This document shows, one piece after another, positions 37,521 to 47,809 of a DNA stretch of 57,604 bases. The DNA comes from a virus (Duplodnaviria > Caudoviricetes). A program made the translations under genes and the position numbers. The notes under the pieces were generated by a model that saw nothing but the letters and a program-made list of their open reading frames with translations, made no database searches and was not told the DNA's origin. The stretch is from positions 1 to 57,604 of the IMG/VR virus record IMGVR_UViG_3300033067_001582. One strand, written 5' to 3'. Within the stretch, counting starts at the first letter, position 1; every line of letters begins with the position of its first letter.

Positions 37521-37877
37521 ATGAGCGAAGAAGAACTCACTGACCCCGCATCACAAGAATCCGCCGAGCCCGCCGAGCAGGACCACCAATTCCTGCGTCG
37601 CCTACTCGAAATCGCCCAACTCACCGGCGACGACCCCGAAGCACCGCCCATCGACTACGCAACGTGGGGCTCGTGGCTACCGGAGCCCGACTGCGAACGC
37701 AAGTACGCCGCCTTCCGCCGCATCGCCAAGGAGAGCATGGTGCGTGAAGCGTGGTTTGAAGAGACGAAGAAGTTCTATCGCGCGGCGTTGAAGCGGCTGC
37801 ACAGCCAGAAGATGTTCACCGGCGAAATCAATGCGTACGTCTTTTACTTGGCACTGAGACACTTTCCACCGCAGTAA
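37521..37877 (+). CDS. Hypothetical protein
   Basis: ORF coupled to the next gene. Confidence 0.65.
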   Translation: MSEEELTDPASQESAEPAEQDHQFLRRLLEIAQLTGDDPEAPPIDYATWGSWLPEPDCERKYAAFRRIAKESMVREAWFEETKKFYRAALKRLHSQKMFTGEINAYVFYLALRHFPPQ

Positions 37878-38281
37878 TGGCAGACATCAACGAAATTCTG
37901 GCGCAAGGCGGCGGCAGCAGCATCCCCAAGAAGTGGCAAGCGTTACTCAAGTCCGTCCCGGCGAACAAGACCTGTGGGCTCCGCGCGGCGTGCGTCTGGA
38001 CTTTCGACAATGTAGCGAACGAGCCCGACGAAATCGACAAGACGAAGGTGCCGAGTCGCGGTGCCGTGCGGCTGCTGATTATGGCGCAGGGCGCGGGCTA
38101 CGCGGCGTTCCTTCAGTTGTATCAGAAGGCGGTGGCGGAGAAGGGGAGTGCGGAGGCGGCGGCCGAGGATGCGATGCGGCAGAGGCAGCTCACTGGGCAT
38201 CTTGATAAGTGGATGGATGAACTCGACCGACAAAGCGAACAGAGCGACGAACTCCAATGCAAGCCGCACCCAAAGACCTGA
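37877..38281 (+). CDS. Putative terminase small subunit
   Basis: Position overlapping the large terminase start; helical. Positional inference only. Confidence 0.45.
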   Translation: MADINEILAQGGGSSIPKKWQALLKSVPANKTCGLRAACVWTFDNVANEPDEIDKTKVPSRGAVRLLIMAQGAGYAAFLQLYQKAVAEKGSAEAAAEDAMRQRQLTGHLDKWMDELDRQSEQSDELQCKPHPKT

Positions 38282-40080
38282 AGAAGAATATCCGCTTCCG
38301 CAAGGCACTGCTCGATGCGTGCGCTTCGTCGACCGGCGAGGATTTGCGGAACGACGTGATTGCGCGGTGCGCGGCCGACCCGATTTTTTTCTTTGATGCG
38401 TTTTCGTGGACGTATGCGGTAAAGGACTCGCCCGACAATCCGAACGTGCCGTTTGTTTTGTTCGGGTATCAAGAAGACCTTGTTCGCAAGATGGATTCGG
38501 CGATCGGCAAGCACTCGCTGCTCATCGAGAAATCTCGCGATCTCGGTTTGAGTTGGGTCATCACCACGATGTTTTTGTGGCGATGGCTATTCCGCCCGCT
38601 GCAATCCTTCCTCATGGCGTCTCGCAAAGAGGCGTTGGTAGACGAGCGCGGAAATCCCGGCTGCTTGTTCTGGAAAATCCGCATGAACTTGGCGATGCTG
38701 CCGACGTGGCTTCGCCCTCCCGGCGAACTGATTGACGACCGCAGCATGCACCTTGGTAATCTCGTCAACGGCAGTAGCATCGACGGTGAATCGACTCAGG
38801 GCAACGTAGGTCGCGGTGATCGGCGTACTGCAATCCTGCTTGACGAGTTCGCGGCGGTCGAGTGCGGCGAAGAAGTTCTTACTGCAACACACTCCGCGAC
38901 CAACTGCCGTTTGTTCGTCAGCACTCCGCAGGGCGCAAGCGGTGCGTTCTACGACACTCGCAACAAACTCCTTGAGACAAATCCAGAGCGAGTCATTCGC
39001 TTGCACTGGTCACAGCATCCGCTCAAGGCGAGAGGTCTTTATCGCGGCGACGTAAGCGGCAATCTCGAATTCATTGACAAAAGCATCTCATATCCAGACG
39101 GGTATGAGTTCATCCACGACGGCAAGCTCCGTTCACAGTGGTATGACGAAATGTGTAATGAAGCGTCGAGCGAAACGGAAATCGCCGCCGAACTCGACAT
39201 CAACTACGAAGGCTCTGCCGGTGGTCCGCTCATCAAGCCCGAACTTCTCAGCGCACTACTGACTCGCTGTAAGAAACCTATCGACACCGGCGAACTCAGC
39301 TTCGACGAATCCGGCAACTCGCCGAAGTTCGCCAGTGACGCACACAACGGTCGCCTCGATAGCCGACTCTCGCTATGGTGTCCTCTTGACGCACGCGGTC
39401 GCCCGCCGGAATCCGATTACGTAATCAGCGCCGACGTTGCCCACGGCAGCGGGAGCAAGAACTCGTCGTCATCGGTACTGTCGGTCGCCGACAAGAAATC
39501 AAAATCAAAGGTTGCCGTCTTCAAGTCGAACTCAACCGGCCCGCACGACCTTGCGAAGTACGCCGTCGCCATGTGCAAGTGGTTCCACGGCGCGATACTG
39601 ATACCGGAAGTCAACGGCCCCGGTGGCGCGTTCCGCAAATGCGTGATGAAGGACTTGCGATACCGCAATGTGTGGTACTCCAAGGGCGATGAGGCGTCGA
39701 AGTTAAGCGGCGACACCACGGAGTCGTACGGCTGGCAGAGCAATAAAGAGAAAAAGCGACTACTGCTCACCGACTACATTCACGCACTCGTCGAGGGACG
39801 GTTCTACAACCCTAGCACCGGCGGCGTGAGCGAGTGCCGAGAGTACGTCTTCGACGCAACCGGGGCGGTCGTGCATGACAAGTCTCGCAAGTCGAAGTTA
39901 GAGGCGGAAGCCGATCACTCCGACGAACTGATTGCCGATGCGCTGCTATGGCGAGTGTGCGACGACGGTGGTGCTGCGGCCGGTTTGGAAGGGCGTGAAT
40001 TCACGGAGTTTCCCCTGGGCTCATTCGGCTGGCGACGCGAGCAATTCTTGAAGAAGCAGAAGCAGCAGCGGTACTACTAG
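38257..40080 (+). CDS. terL: Terminase large subunit
   Basis: FGYQ Q-motif, EKSRDLGLSW, ILLDEFA, VSTPQG, nuclease motifs SADVAHG, PEVN, DELIADAL. Confidence 0.92.
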   Translation: MQAAPKDLKKNIRFRKALLDACASSTGEDLRNDVIARCAADPIFFFDAFSWTYAVKDSPDNPNVPFVLFGYQEDLVRKMDSAIGKHSLLIEKSRDLGLSWVITTMFLWRWLFRPLQSFLMASRKEALVDERGNPGCLFWKIRMNLAMLPTWLRPPGELIDDRSMHLGNLVNGSSIDGESTQGNVGRGDRRTAILLDEFAAVECGEEVLTATHSATNCRLFVSTPQGASGAFYDTRNKLLETNPERVIRLHWSQHPLKARGLYRGDVSGNLEFIDKSISYPDGYEFIHDGKLRSQWYDEMCNEASSETEIAAELDINYEGSAGGPLIKPELLSALLTRCKKPIDTGELSFDESGNSPKFASDAHNGRLDSRLSLWCPLDARGRPPESDYVISADVAHGSGSKNSSSSVLSVADKKSKSKVAVFKSNSTGPHDLAKYAVAMCKWFHGAILIPEVNGPGGAFRKCVMKDLRYRNVWYSKGDEASKLSGDTTESYGWQSNKEKKRLLLTDYIHALVEGRFYNPSTGGVSECREYVFDATGAVVHDKSRKSKLEAEADHSDELIADALLWRVCDDGGAAAGLEGREFTEFPLGSFGWRREQFLKKQKQQRYY

Positions 40081-40154
40081 CCGCACCGGGGGCTTCTAAA
40101 ACCACCCGCCGTCCCGCATTAGTTTGGCGTAGCCAAAACCAAGCGGAGCGCCAC

Positions 40155-41912
40155 ATGGCCGACCAGCAATCTCTCGGGCAAGTTGCCGAGATCGCCGAGA
40201 AATACGAAGTCCCCGAAGACCTGAAGACCGCTTTGCAGTGGTCCGACAGGCAGATGGCCGACTTCCGCCAGAAGCGGATTGAGGTGCTAGCCGAATACGC
40301 CGGCCACCACTACGGCAAGAACGCCAAGACCGATAAAACTCCGGTCAATATCATCAATGCGTACGTCGGCATCTACCAGCGACAGGTCGCGGTCAACGAA
40401 CCGCAGGTGCTTATCACCACTCCGCATCAGGAGTTAGCCGCCAGCGCCGCCGAATTCAAGCTGGCCGTGAACGAGCGGGTGTCGCAGATGAACGTCGAGT
40501 CGGCGTTCAACGAAGCGGGGCTCGAAGCGCTGTTTATGTTGGGCTGCGTCGAGACGGGCATCGACGAAAACGGCGACCCGTTCGTGGAAAACGTGCTGTT
40601 CGACGACTTGATTCTCGATATGTCGGCGAAAACATGGAAGCAAGTCGGGTTCGTCGGGCACCGCTTCCGTGCGCCGCTGGATTGGGTGCGAAAGAACGAA
40701 GCGTTCGACCCCGAAATGCGGAAGAAGGCCGCGCCGAGTGAAGAATCCGACCCCCGCATCATCGGCAGCGGCGACGCCGACAACCAATCGCAGACAATCA
40801 CCTACGGCAGCAGCCGCAAGGTCGAAGAATTCAAGCGGCACATCGAACTCGTGCAGCTGTTCCTGCCGGAAGAGGGCATGCTGCTGATTTTCTTCGACAA
40901 CGACCCGAAGAATCTGCTGCTCGCAAAGAAGTGGGAAGGCCCGCCGCAGCTGCGAATCGACGATACGAAGGTCGGCATGTATTCGTTCCTGTCGTACGTT
41001 CGCGTGCCTGGGAACTTGCTTCCCATTGGCCCGGCGCAGTTGTGGCGCGACATCCACGACGTGCTGAATCGCCTTGCGAACAAAGTGTTTCGGCAGGCCG
41101 AACGCCAAAAGACCGTGCTGACCGGCGGCAGTAAAGAGGACATGGAGCGGTTCGTGTCGTCGAACGACGGCGACGGAATCCACACCGACGACCCCGACAA
41201 GATTCAAGAGAAGACGACCGGAGGCGCGAACCAAGTCACGCTCGGCATGGTGACGTGGCTGCGGAATCTGGCGAGTTACGTCGCGGGCAACGCGGACATG
41301 CTCGGCGGCACGGCGGCTACGACCGACACTGTTGGGCAGGACCAGATTCTATTCCAGTCGGCTGGCACGCAAGTCAAGCAGATGCAGCATCGCATGTTGC
41401 AATTTGCCCGCTCCGTTTTGGCTGATGTGTCGTGGTGGCTGTGGACTGACCCGATCGGCGAGCAGGCGGTTTCGCGGGCGATTCCCGGCACCGGCGAGAA
41501 GATCACGTTCAACTGGGACGCCTCGCGCCGCAAGGGTTCGTTCGAGCAATACCGCTTCGACATCGAACCGTACTCCGTCACGCACCGCACGCCGCAAGAA
41601 CGACTCGCCGCACTGTTCGGCGCGATGGACAAACTCACGATACAGTACGGCCCGCAGATGCAGGCGGCCGGCATGTCGTTCGACATGGAGAAGGTCGTCA
41701 AGACCGTCGCCGACTACGCCAACCTGCCGGAACTGGCGGGCATGGTGATCTACCAGACCGGCCAACAGAGCGACGAAGCGGGCGGTAACTCGGGGCCGGG
41801 ACGCCCGGTGAATCCGCCGAGCCCGCGACCGCAACCGCGGCAATCCGGCAACCCGCTTGGTGATATGGAGTCGGCGATGATGGCGAAAATGATGGCTCCG
41901 CAGCAGCAGTGA
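40155..41912 (+). CDS. Portal protein (P22-like)
   Basis: 585 aa directly after terL; helical, with a Q/P-rich tail. Confidence 0.75.
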   Translation: MADQQSLGQVAEIAEKYEVPEDLKTALQWSDRQMADFRQKRIEVLAEYAGHHYGKNAKTDKTPVNIINAYVGIYQRQVAVNEPQVLITTPHQELAASAAEFKLAVNERVSQMNVESAFNEAGLEALFMLGCVETGIDENGDPFVENVLFDDLILDMSAKTWKQVGFVGHRFRAPLDWVRKNEAFDPEMRKKAAPSEESDPRIIGSGDADNQSQTITYGSSRKVEEFKRHIELVQLFLPEEGMLLIFFDNDPKNLLLAKKWEGPPQLRIDDTKVGMYSFLSYVRVPGNLLPIGPAQLWRDIHDVLNRLANKVFRQAERQKTVLTGGSKEDMERFVSSNDGDGIHTDDPDKIQEKTTGGANQVTLGMVTWLRNLASYVAGNADMLGGTAATTDTVGQDQILFQSAGTQVKQMQHRMLQFARSVLADVSWWLWTDPIGEQAVSRAIPGTGEKITFNWDASRRKGSFEQYRFDIEPYSVTHRTPQERLAALFGAMDKLTIQYGPQMQAAGMSFDMEKVVKTVADYANLPELAGMVIYQTGQQSDEAGGNSGPGRPVNPPSPRPQPRQSGNPLGDMESAMMAKMMAPQQQ

Positions 41913-41932
41913 AACAAAACAAAGGATTCAAA

Positions 41933-42190
41933 ATGAAATTTCGCAAAAAGCCGGTCGTGATCGAGGCGGTGCAGTTCTTTGAGCGACTTGCAGAATCAGG
42001 CCAGGAGTTTCCTGGCGTTGAGCGAATTGTCGACACGGAGCATTCGTCGATTCCGAACGTCTATTACGCGATCAAAACGCTCGAAGGCGAACTGGTCGTG
42101 AGCGAAGGCGATTGGATCATCACCGGAGTTAAGGGCGAGAACTACCCGTGCAAGCCCGACATCTTCGAGGCGACGTACGACCCCTGCTAG
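41933..42190 (+). CDS. Widespread phage protein of unknown function (KKPVVIEA type)
   Basis: MKFRKKPVVIEAVQF...TLEG...GDWIITGVKGENYPCKPDIF. Confidence 0.85.
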   Translation: MKFRKKPVVIEAVQFFERLAESGQEFPGVERIVDTEHSSIPNVYYAIKTLEGELVVSEGDWIITGVKGENYPCKPDIFEATYDPC

Positions 42191-42200
42191 AGAGGCAACC

Positions 42201-42467
42201 ATGAACGAAGAAGAATCGCAAATGCTGCGACTCAAGGCCGCGCTCGAAATGCTTGAACCGCACTTCGACGCCGTGCAAATCCTCGCCACCCGCTACGACC
42301 ATACGGGCGGCACGACCGTTCGCGCGGAACTCGGCACAGGCAACTGGTATGCGCGTCGCGGGCACGCTCAAGAGTGGATGCTGCGCGGCGACGAGATTAG
42401 CCGCATGGAAGCGATTGACGAACTCGACTCGCCCGGCGACGTGGAAGAAGATGACGCCGACGAGTAG
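42201..42467 (+). CDS. Hypothetical phage protein
   Basis: EPHFDAVQILATR...GNWYARRG. Confidence 0.75.
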   Translation: MNEEESQMLRLKAALEMLEPHFDAVQILATRYDHTGGTTVRAELGTGNWYARRGHAQEWMLRGDEISRMEAIDELDSPGDVEEDDADE

Positions 42468-42550
42468 GCGGTGCGGGGGCTTCTCGTTTTTGCGGGCCAG
42501 CGTGATTATTCCAGCGAGTCTGGAAATCTCGCCCGCCTTCACAAGCCGCC

Positions 42551-42856
42551 ATGTCTTACGAAAACGATCGCCGCACGCTCGACCTTGCCCGCGCCGCCCT
42601 GTTGCAGGAGTGCGCCGAAGCCGCAGCGAATCCGGTGACGCACATGCCGCGAGCCAAGAAGCGGGCGATTTGGCCGATGGTCAGCGAGAACGCCGGATGC
42701 CAACCGGAGCAAGTCGCGGAGGCAAACGCGAACTGCAAGAAGATGGGCATCGCGGCGGAATACCTGCCCAACGGCGACGTGGTGTGGCACTCCGCGAAGG
42801 CGAAGCGGCAGCACATCCGCTCGATCGGACTCTACGACCGGGGCGCGTACTACTAA
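42551..42856 (+). CDS. Hypothetical protein upstream of the scaffold gene
   Basis: WPMVSENAGCQPEQV. Confidence 0.7.
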   Translation: MSYENDRRTLDLARAALLQECAEAAANPVTHMPRAKKRAIWPMVSENAGCQPEQVAEANANCKKMGIAAEYLPNGDVVWHSAKAKRQHIRSIGLYDRGAYY

Positions 42857-42882
42857 TCGACAGTTCGAGGCATTAGCACAAC

Positions 42883-44154
42883 ATGGCCGAAAACACAGCA
42901 GACGTTGCGAATACCACTCAGACACCGACCGCCTCGGCAGGCGCGTCGCAAGTTTCTGATGCGGCGACCGTCGCCTCCGGTTCGCAAGCGTCCGCGACTG
43001 CAAGTGCTGATACCACTTCGCAGTCCGCGTACAGCCAGGACGACATTTTCTCGTCCACGCTCGACCTCCCCGAACCGGGAGCCAAGCGACGCAGCCCGTA
43101 TTCCGCAGGCGGCGATGAGAACGACAGCAGCGATTTGACCGACAACTCGGCCGATTCGCTCACCGACGGAATTACCGCTGACGGTCAATCTCAAGAAGAT
43201 TCGACCGCAGCCACCGATACAACCGCAGCCGCGCCGGCAGGCGATGCAGCGGAGTTTGATGCCGACCTTTTGGCGAACGCTCAGTGGTACGGATTCACTG
43301 AAGATGACGCCAATGCTTTCGGCAGTCCCGATGCGCTCCGACGTGTTTTGACCGCGATGGATCGTCGTGCTTTATCCGACGCCAAACCGCCGCAGAGTCA
43401 GCAAGCCGCAGCAGTCGAAGGCGAAGCACAGCAGCAGACGCAAGCTACGGAAGCCGCGCCCGCCGCAGATGCCAAGCAGTCCGAAGTGTCGCTCGCTCAA
43501 CTCACCGGCGATGTCGAGAAGTTTAATCTCGAACCGCTGCTCGAAGGTTGGGACGAAGACACGAAGAAACTGTTCACGCAGTTGAACGACCACGTTGACA
43601 CGCAACTCCGAAAGATTGCCGCGAAAGCGCAGTCTGTTGCTCCTGTGAACGAGCAAGTGGCTCAACTTGCCGAACGGTTTCAAGCCCTCGAACAGTTCCG
43701 CCTTCAAGCCGAAGGGGAACGCATCGAGCAGGAGTTCGACGGACTCTTCAACTCCAAAGCGGATGAGTACGCGGACGTGTTCGGCAAAGGAGCCGGGCGC
43801 GAACTGCGTGCAGATTCCAAGGAGATGCAGGCCCGAAAGGAACTCGTGCAAGAGATGTTCGCGTTGCGAGACGCCGACGAGCGATTCGGGCGACCCCCGA
43901 TGACCAACAAACAACTCTTCAACCGCGCTCTCGCAGTTCGGTTCTTCGACAAATCAAAAGACCTCGCCGTTAAGCAAGTGAAAGCGGAAGTCGCTCAGCG
44001 CAAGTCGCAATCGTTGGCTAAGCCGACGCAACGACGCAGCACTCCGGTGACTGGCGAGAAGGCGGCGGCCAACTTCGTCAATCAGTTCTTGAAAGATCGC
44101 GGCGTCGACATCGACGCATCGAGTTCGGAGCTGCTGGCGGAGTACGGCGGCTAA
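42883..44154 (+). CDS. Capsid scaffolding protein
   Basis: Acidic low-complexity N-terminus and coiled coil; immediately before the capsid gene. Confidence 0.65.
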   Translation: MAENTADVANTTQTPTASAGASQVSDAATVASGSQASATASADTTSQSAYSQDDIFSSTLDLPEPGAKRRSPYSAGGDENDSSDLTDNSADSLTDGITADGQSQEDSTAATDTTAAAPAGDAAEFDADLLANAQWYGFTEDDANAFGSPDALRRVLTAMDRRALSDAKPPQSQQAAAVEGEAQQQTQATEAAPAADAKQSEVSLAQLTGDVEKFNLEPLLEGWDEDTKKLFTQLNDHVDTQLRKIAAKAQSVAPVNEQVAQLAERFQALEQFRLQAEGERIEQEFDGLFNSKADEYADVFGKGAGRELRADSKEMQARKELVQEMFALRDADERFGRPPMTNKQLFNRALAVRFFDKSKDLAVKQVKAEVAQRKSQSLAKPTQRRSTPVTGEKAAANFVNQFLKDRGVDIDASSSELLAEYGG

Positions 44155-44204
44155 GCCGGCGCGACGCACTTGCCCACGGCAAACCATAAGAAAGAAACAC
44201 GCAA

Positions 44205-45260
44205 ATGGCAGTTTTGAAAGCAGATGATCTCGCCGACTTGGTAGCAGGCACGCTCCGTAACCTCGGCAAGATGAATTACCAGCAAATCGCCCAGAGCAAG
44301 CAGAAGTACGAAATCTTCTCGCACTGGTTCAAGAACGAGCGCGTCACGCTCGACAGCGGCTACGGCATCCAACGCACGCTGATGAACACGCTGCCGGATT
44401 CGGCCGCGCACGTCGGACTCGGCGAAGTCGACAACGTGTCGATCGTCGATTTGATCGACCAATTGCAGGTGCCGTGGTGCCATGCTCAAACGTCCTGGGG
44501 CATGATCTACCAAGAAGCCCTGATGAATCGCGGCGAAGCCCTCATCTTCAACATCGTCAAGCCGCGCCGCGAAGGTGCGATGATTAAGTTGATTGAGGAA
44601 ATCGAAAGCAAGGGCTGGTCGGCCCCGTCCTCGTCCAGCGACAAGAAGAACCCGTACGGCATCCCGTACTGGGTCGTGAAGAACTCGTCCAGCACGCCGG
44701 GCTTCAACGGCGGTGCCGCGAGCGGCCATACGACCGTCGCCGGTGTCAGTCTCACCGACTCGCCGACGTTCAAGAACTACACGTTCACGTTCGCTGCGAC
44801 AGGCGGCGTGACGAAGCAAGACGCCATCAAGAAGACCAAGACCGCGCTTCGCAAGTGCGGCTTCAAGTCGCCGATCCCCGGCTCGGACTACACCAAGGGT
44901 GCCGGCGAGCAATACCGCATCTACACGAACGAAACCAACTTTTCGCTGATGGAAGACATCGGCGAATCGCAGAACGAAAATCTCGGCAAGGACATTGCGA
45001 ACAGCATGTTTAACGTCGGGTCGCTCGCCCTGCGTGGCTTCCCGATCGTGTGGGTTCCGCAACTCGACAGCGACACCGACAACCCGATCTACGGCATCGA
45101 CCACAGCACCATGATGGTCTGCGGCCTCAAGGGCGACTGGTTCCGCGAAAGCGAATCGAACGCGCCGTTGCAACACGATACCGTCCAATACTTCGTGAAC
45201 CTGACCTACAACTACTTGTGCCTCGATCGTCGGCGTAACTTCGTCGGCTACGGCGTCTAG
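44205..45260 (+). CDS. Major capsid protein
   Basis: 351 aa, strongly biased codons, position after the scaffold gene; RGFPIVWVPQLD...IYGID. Confidence 0.75.
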   Translation: MAVLKADDLADLVAGTLRNLGKMNYQQIAQSKQKYEIFSHWFKNERVTLDSGYGIQRTLMNTLPDSAAHVGLGEVDNVSIVDLIDQLQVPWCHAQTSWGMIYQEALMNRGEALIFNIVKPRREGAMIKLIEEIESKGWSAPSSSSDKKNPYGIPYWVVKNSSSTPGFNGGAASGHTTVAGVSLTDSPTFKNYTFTFAATGGVTKQDAIKKTKTALRKCGFKSPIPGSDYTKGAGEQYRIYTNETNFSLMEDIGESQNENLGKDIANSMFNVGSLALRGFPIVWVPQLDSDTDNPIYGIDHSTMMVCGLKGDWFRESESNAPLQHDTVQYFVNLTYNYLCLDRRRNFVGYGV

Positions 45261-45274
45261 TAGCGAGTGATGTT

Positions 45275-45427
45275 GCCCCGCACCCGGCTTGGTGATGAAT
45301 CAAGCCGGGTGAAAACGGCCCTCGGGGGCGAGGGATTCCCAGTCGTGCGGCGTGTCGCCGTGCGGCAAAGAGCCATGCGGGGGCGCATGTTGCCGCAACT
45401 GTCTTGCGAAAAGACATGACTGAAGGG
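45275..45427 (+). ncRNA. Structured intergenic RNA candidate after the capsid gene
   Basis: CACCCGGCTTG/CAAGCCGGGTG hairpin, TGCGGCAA/TTGCCGCA, TGTCTT/AAGACA, CAGTC/GACTG. Confidence 0.4.
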
Positions 45428-45436
45428 TATTGACAA

Positions 45437-46258
45437 ATGACGAACGTAGTTTCCTACGCCGGAAACCAGGGCTCGAACGACGTGAACGACAATGACAGTC
45501 GTTTCTCGCCGTTCATCTGGAAAGATTGCCCCATCCGTGAGTTGCAAGACGGCACGGTGGAAGGCTGGTTCTTTGAAGACGACTTCGTAAACACGGCCGC
45601 CGTCGCCGCCGGTGCCCAAGCGGTCGCCGGTCGCTACTTCGGTTTCGCGGACACGGGCGGCTCGGTTGCCGTCGCCGACGAAATCTCCGGTGCCGCCACG
45701 GCATCGAGCGACGGCGACAACGAAGGTGCCTCGATCAAGATGCTCGGCAACCCGTTCCAGATCAGCCGCTCGCACGGAAAACTCTGGTTCGAGGCCCGCG
45801 TCAAGACCTCGACCATAACGGACACCAAGCACGGTTTCGTGGTCGGCCTCGGCGAGTCCATGACGCTTACGGCTACCGTACCGATCACCGCTGCCGGCGC
45901 ACTGGCCGACAAGAACGTGGTCGTCTTCCGCAAGCAAGAAGGTGACGGCGATCAACTCGACTTCAGCTACAAGGCTGACGGCGTGACCGCCGTGGACGTT
46001 GCCACCGACGTTGTGACCGGCGGCCTTGTCGCCGACACCTACATCAAGGCCGGCTTCATCTACAACCCGGCTGATTACGTCCTCACGGGCTACATCAACG
46101 GCGTGTCGATCGGCACCAAGACGGTTCCCTCCGCCGCAGGCACGGACTTCCCGAACGATGTTCGCCTCGGCTTGATGTTCGCGGTCCTGAACGCCACCGG
46201 CACCACGCCCGGCTCCGCCACCATTGAAAAGTGGCGCTGCGCTCAGTTGGCCGCCTAG
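45437..46258 (+). CDS. Putative capsid decoration or minor structural protein
   Basis: Beta-rich, G/T/A-rich, FFEDDF motif; follows the capsid gene. Confidence 0.55.
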   Translation: MTNVVSYAGNQGSNDVNDNDSRFSPFIWKDCPIRELQDGTVEGWFFEDDFVNTAAVAAGAQAVAGRYFGFADTGGSVAVADEISGAATASSDGDNEGASIKMLGNPFQISRSHGKLWFEARVKTSTITDTKHGFVVGLGESMTLTATVPITAAGALADKNVVVFRKQEGDGDQLDFSYKADGVTAVDVATDVVTGGLVADTYIKAGFIYNPADYVLTGYINGVSIGTKTVPSAAGTDFPNDVRLGLMFAVLNATGTTPGSATIEKWRCAQLAA

Positions 46259-46336
46259 TTAGCGCTACCTGCCGGGGCTGCGGATTAAACGCCGTCGCCC
46301 CGGCAGGATTTTTACTTCGCAGATGCACGAGGCAAT

Positions 46337-46780
46337 ATGGCATTTGAAATTCAAGAATACGACGCGATGCGGCTGCGGCAATGCTGCGGTCTGTCGGAGT
46401 TTGATGCTGAAGGCAACGTCAATCCGATTCCGCAAAGCGTGCTCGACCTGTTCGAGAAGTTCTATCGCGTGTTTCGCCGGGGCGGCGGGACGGTCGTGGA
46501 TTCCGACACCTACGCAATCGTGGTCGCGCTCGCCGGCGAAGGCCAGCCGAAGGCGTGCGATGTCGTGCGTCCGAACATCGCGACCATGTGGTTCAAGAAA
46601 GAGTTGACGTACGGCGACCCGGTGATTGTGAAGTGGCGCGGCGAAGACCGCCCGGCCAAGATCATCAGCGCGTCGGTCAACCGCAAGAGCGTCACGGTGC
46701 AGATCGAAGGCGATAGCGAAGATCGTCGCGTGCCGGAAGAAACGGTGTCGTTGCCCGTGAAGCAAGAAGCGGAGTTGTAA
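46337..46780 (+). CDS. Hypothetical protein
   Basis: GAGG RBS. Confidence 0.7.
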   Translation: MAFEIQEYDAMRLRQCCGLSEFDAEGNVNPIPQSVLDLFEKFYRVFRRGGGTVVDSDTYAIVVALAGEGQPKACDVVRPNIATMWFKKELTYGDPVIVKWRGEDRPAKIISASVNRKSVTVQIEGDSEDRRVPEETVSLPVKQEAEL

Positions 46781-47214
46781 TGGCGACCGCCTACGTTTAC
46801 CAGTGCGTCGAGTGTGAAGGCTACATCGAAAAGCGCGGGTCGCGTAGTGCGCCAATTTCAGTGACCGTTACGGGCACAAAGAAAGAGTGGCGTTCTTCCC
46901 TTGCGACCTCCACAACCGCGCTCGTTTGGGACGCTGCGGTGAGTGGCGAGCCGATCACGGACTTCGACATTTGCTGGATCAAGAGCGACCAAAACTTGCT
47001 AGTTGAGTTCACGATCGACTCAAACGCAACGTACGGAACGAACATTCACACGGTCCAGATTCTTGCAGACGAGCCGCGAGTTATTGTTCGCGACGACATG
47101 GTTGCGAACGCAACGGCGAACTTCGCTACAGGGACGACGGATTTATGCGACAGGATTCGTGTTCGTAATACAAGCGGAAGCACCGCCATCGTTGACATTC
47201 TCCTGCTTACGTGA
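46780..47214 (+). CDS. Putative virion protein
   Basis: Beta-rich; coupled start. Confidence 0.65.
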   Translation: MATAYVYQCVECEGYIEKRGSRSAPISVTVTGTKKEWRSSLATSTTALVWDAAVSGEPITDFDICWIKSDQNLLVEFTIDSNATYGTNIHTVQILADEPRVIVRDDMVANATANFATGTTDLCDRIRVRNTSGSTAIVDILLLT

Positions 47215-47736
47215 CGATTGCCGAAGTCTTCCGATGACGATTGCGCTAATAAGTGATTGTGAGACACGGAACATCTCGGCAAGCTGAACTTGCGTCAGTC
47301 CATTGCGATAGAGTTCTTTGATTTGAGATACAGAGTCATCCGGCAGCTTGCACCTCCCATTCCTCTCACCAAGTCTATTGCCAAGAACGTACACGGAGTG
47401 CTGCTGGTTTCCTGATAGCGTGACCCACTCAAGATTAGCTGATCTGTTGTCGGTTTTTATTCCGTTGATGTGGTTGACCTGATCGTATGGCGGAGTGCGT
47501 GTTCCGTGGAATGCTTCACACACGATTCGATGCACTGCAATCAACTTCTGCAACCGATCCTTTCGCAGCTTGACCATTCTGTAGTCTCCCCACATACAGC
47601 CACTAAGGGGCTTGCTGTCGTACCATCGTACGCGACCGTTTGAGTAGCGAACAAACCTACCCACAGACCTGATTCCGGCAAGGTTGCTGACTTCGTAAAG
47701 CCCCTCCCACCCGACAACCGGACGCCATTCTTCCAT
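47143..47736 (-). mobile_element. NUMOD4-HNH homing endonuclease inserted antisense in the structural operon
   Basis: EEWRPVVGWEGLYEVSNL, VHRIVCEAF, VNHINGIKTDNRSANLEW, C-terminal HTH; lower GC. Confidence 0.92.
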
Positions 47737-47809
47737 CTCACACCCTCGCAATTATGCCTAGTGGTCAATGCCATTAAGTATACGTCGAAGCGGTAGATAA
47801 GGCCAGTAA

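Noticed and set aside
44151-45188. Long antisense or alternate-frame ORFs (e.g. 44151-45188, 40434-41234, 7666-8463, 4891-5730)
   Set aside because: Shadow frames of GC-rich genes with biased codons; no motifs or RBS.
45290-45316. Hammerhead ribozyme (TGATGA...GAAA)
   Set aside because: The motif is GTGATGA inside a hairpin loop, not CTGANGA preceding stem II; the core topology does not fit.
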